Shown: piece after piece, positions 62,566 through 64,000 of the stretch | Layout: each line of letters begins with the position of its first letter | How positions within the stretch are numbered: the first letter of the stretch is position 1 | Origin: Octopus vulgaris | Lineage: Eukaryota | NCBI GenBank assembly: GCA_951406725.2 | Contig: OX597818.1 | Span: 70,866,001-70,930,000, forward strand | Direction: 5' to 3' | DNA: 64,000 nt | The notes under the pieces: model-generated | The model's database searches: none | What the model saw: the letters and a program-made list of their open reading frames with translations, nothing else | What the model was told of the DNA's origin: nothing | Translations under genes and position numbers: made by a program

Positions 62566-64000
62566 GAGACAGTAAAATGGAAACAATTTAATAAACATTA
62601 TATGAAAGAAAACAAGGTATCAGTCTCAAAGATGGCCAGGATTTATTGAGGCAGAAACTTGTTTTCACATTTGTCTTCTTGTTTCCAGTAAAAGAAAACA
62701 CATTGCCTTTTCTTTGATTGCATACTAATTTCAGAGAATGATTGATTTCTGAAGATTTTCAGAGTTGGTCACAATTGCAGTTAGGTGTTTGTTTACCTTC
62801 TCTCAATGTGAAGATGCATACACACATATACACACATAACAACACACAAATAGAGAGAAATATATGTATGCATATATATATTCTTGAGTATGTGTATATG
62901 TATATATACATATATAGCTGAAGGTAGTGCTCCAGCATGTCTCTTGTTGTGATTACTAGATGAAACTGAACACATACATAGACCAGTAGGTGTGTACACA
63001 TTTACATAGGTATATAACACGAAATGCATAACGCCCAGTTACACCAGCTTATATGCCGGCAGTCAGTACCTGTAGCACTTTCGAAAACGTGTATTCCTAT
63101 ACCGTTTGTTAGGAACTGTTTAAAATATATATTTTTAGAAAGAAATTAAATAGATGGAACAAATAAGCCACATGTGTGTACACGCGCGTGCGTGTGTGCA
63201 TGTGTGTGTGTGTGTGTGTGTGGAGAGAGAGAATTGAGTAAAGGAAGGCTAGAGCCAGAGAGAGAGAAGTCAAAGCTGTGATATGTGTGAGTAGCAGTGT
63301 GTGTGTATAGAATTATATATGTATACATGTGTGTGTGTGTGTGTGTATCTGTCTGTATACTATTTATCATTTAGAAAGCTTTTTAACTAATGGTGAACAG
63401 AGAGAGACTATATATGTCTGGTCTACCTTCAGAAACTTCCACCAGCCTCTTCTCTCATTTCACACCATTCCTACAGCAGAGGCAGTAGTAGCACAACACA
63501 CAGAATAAGATTAGGGTAAAAAAAAAAAAGCAACAATTACAGCAAAGAGCCTAAAAACTCTTCAATACAACTATGCTTACAAAGAAACTGATAGCTTAAA
63601 GGATGGCTGTCTTTTGGAAATTAGCAGATTTTACTGCAGAGAAGTTAGAGAGAAATTCATCAAATTCTAATCAAATTTAAGTAAGTTATCCTTTTCTGAA
63701 TCTGTATGTATCTGGCTCTTCACCCTTTTCCTCCTTCATACCCCCTACTTCCAAGTAAACTTGGCAACTTCTACAACTGTGATTTCAAGTTCAACTGTTT
63801 AGAAGAGATTACTACAATTTAGTATTTCCTTTTTCAGGTTCATAGTTGATAATATTCTATGTGTCTGTTCTGTTATATTATGACAAAATCAAGTAACAGA
63901 ATGTATTTCTACTGTTTTGGTGGGGGAGGAGTTTTTTTATTTTTTTTTTATAACAAACTGATGTTCTACAAGAGATTTACCAAAAGTGTTGTTGGTGCAA

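Overview
Eukaryotic, AT-rich, microsatellite-dense non-coding DNA, probably an intergenic stretch or part of a very large intron. The repeat landscape resembles an octopus (coleoid cephalopod) genome; this is an inference, not proven. I found no intact host protein-coding gene. Nearly all ORFs in the track come from microsatellites or broken transposon frames. Recognisable elements are: a young 5'-truncated RTE LINE (40000-42778) whose RT is followed by a C4HC3 PHD-type finger, plus five shorter RTE 3' copies; restriction-like-endonuclease LINEs (one HERO-like, two R4/Dong-like); CR1, L2-like and I-group LINE remnants; a rearranged Penelope RT; a near-full-length Tigger/pogo fossil; two DD37D (maT) mariner fragments; hAT-type MITEs; and two SINE families. 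The most interesting signals are several small non-coding elements carrying minimal hammerhead-ribozyme folds, a 134-bp near-perfect hairpin, a TATA+Inr core promoter in a HERO 3' UTR, a near-perfect RFX X-box and a candidate 33-nt micro-exon. All alignments and translations were done by eye, so element boundaries are approximate.
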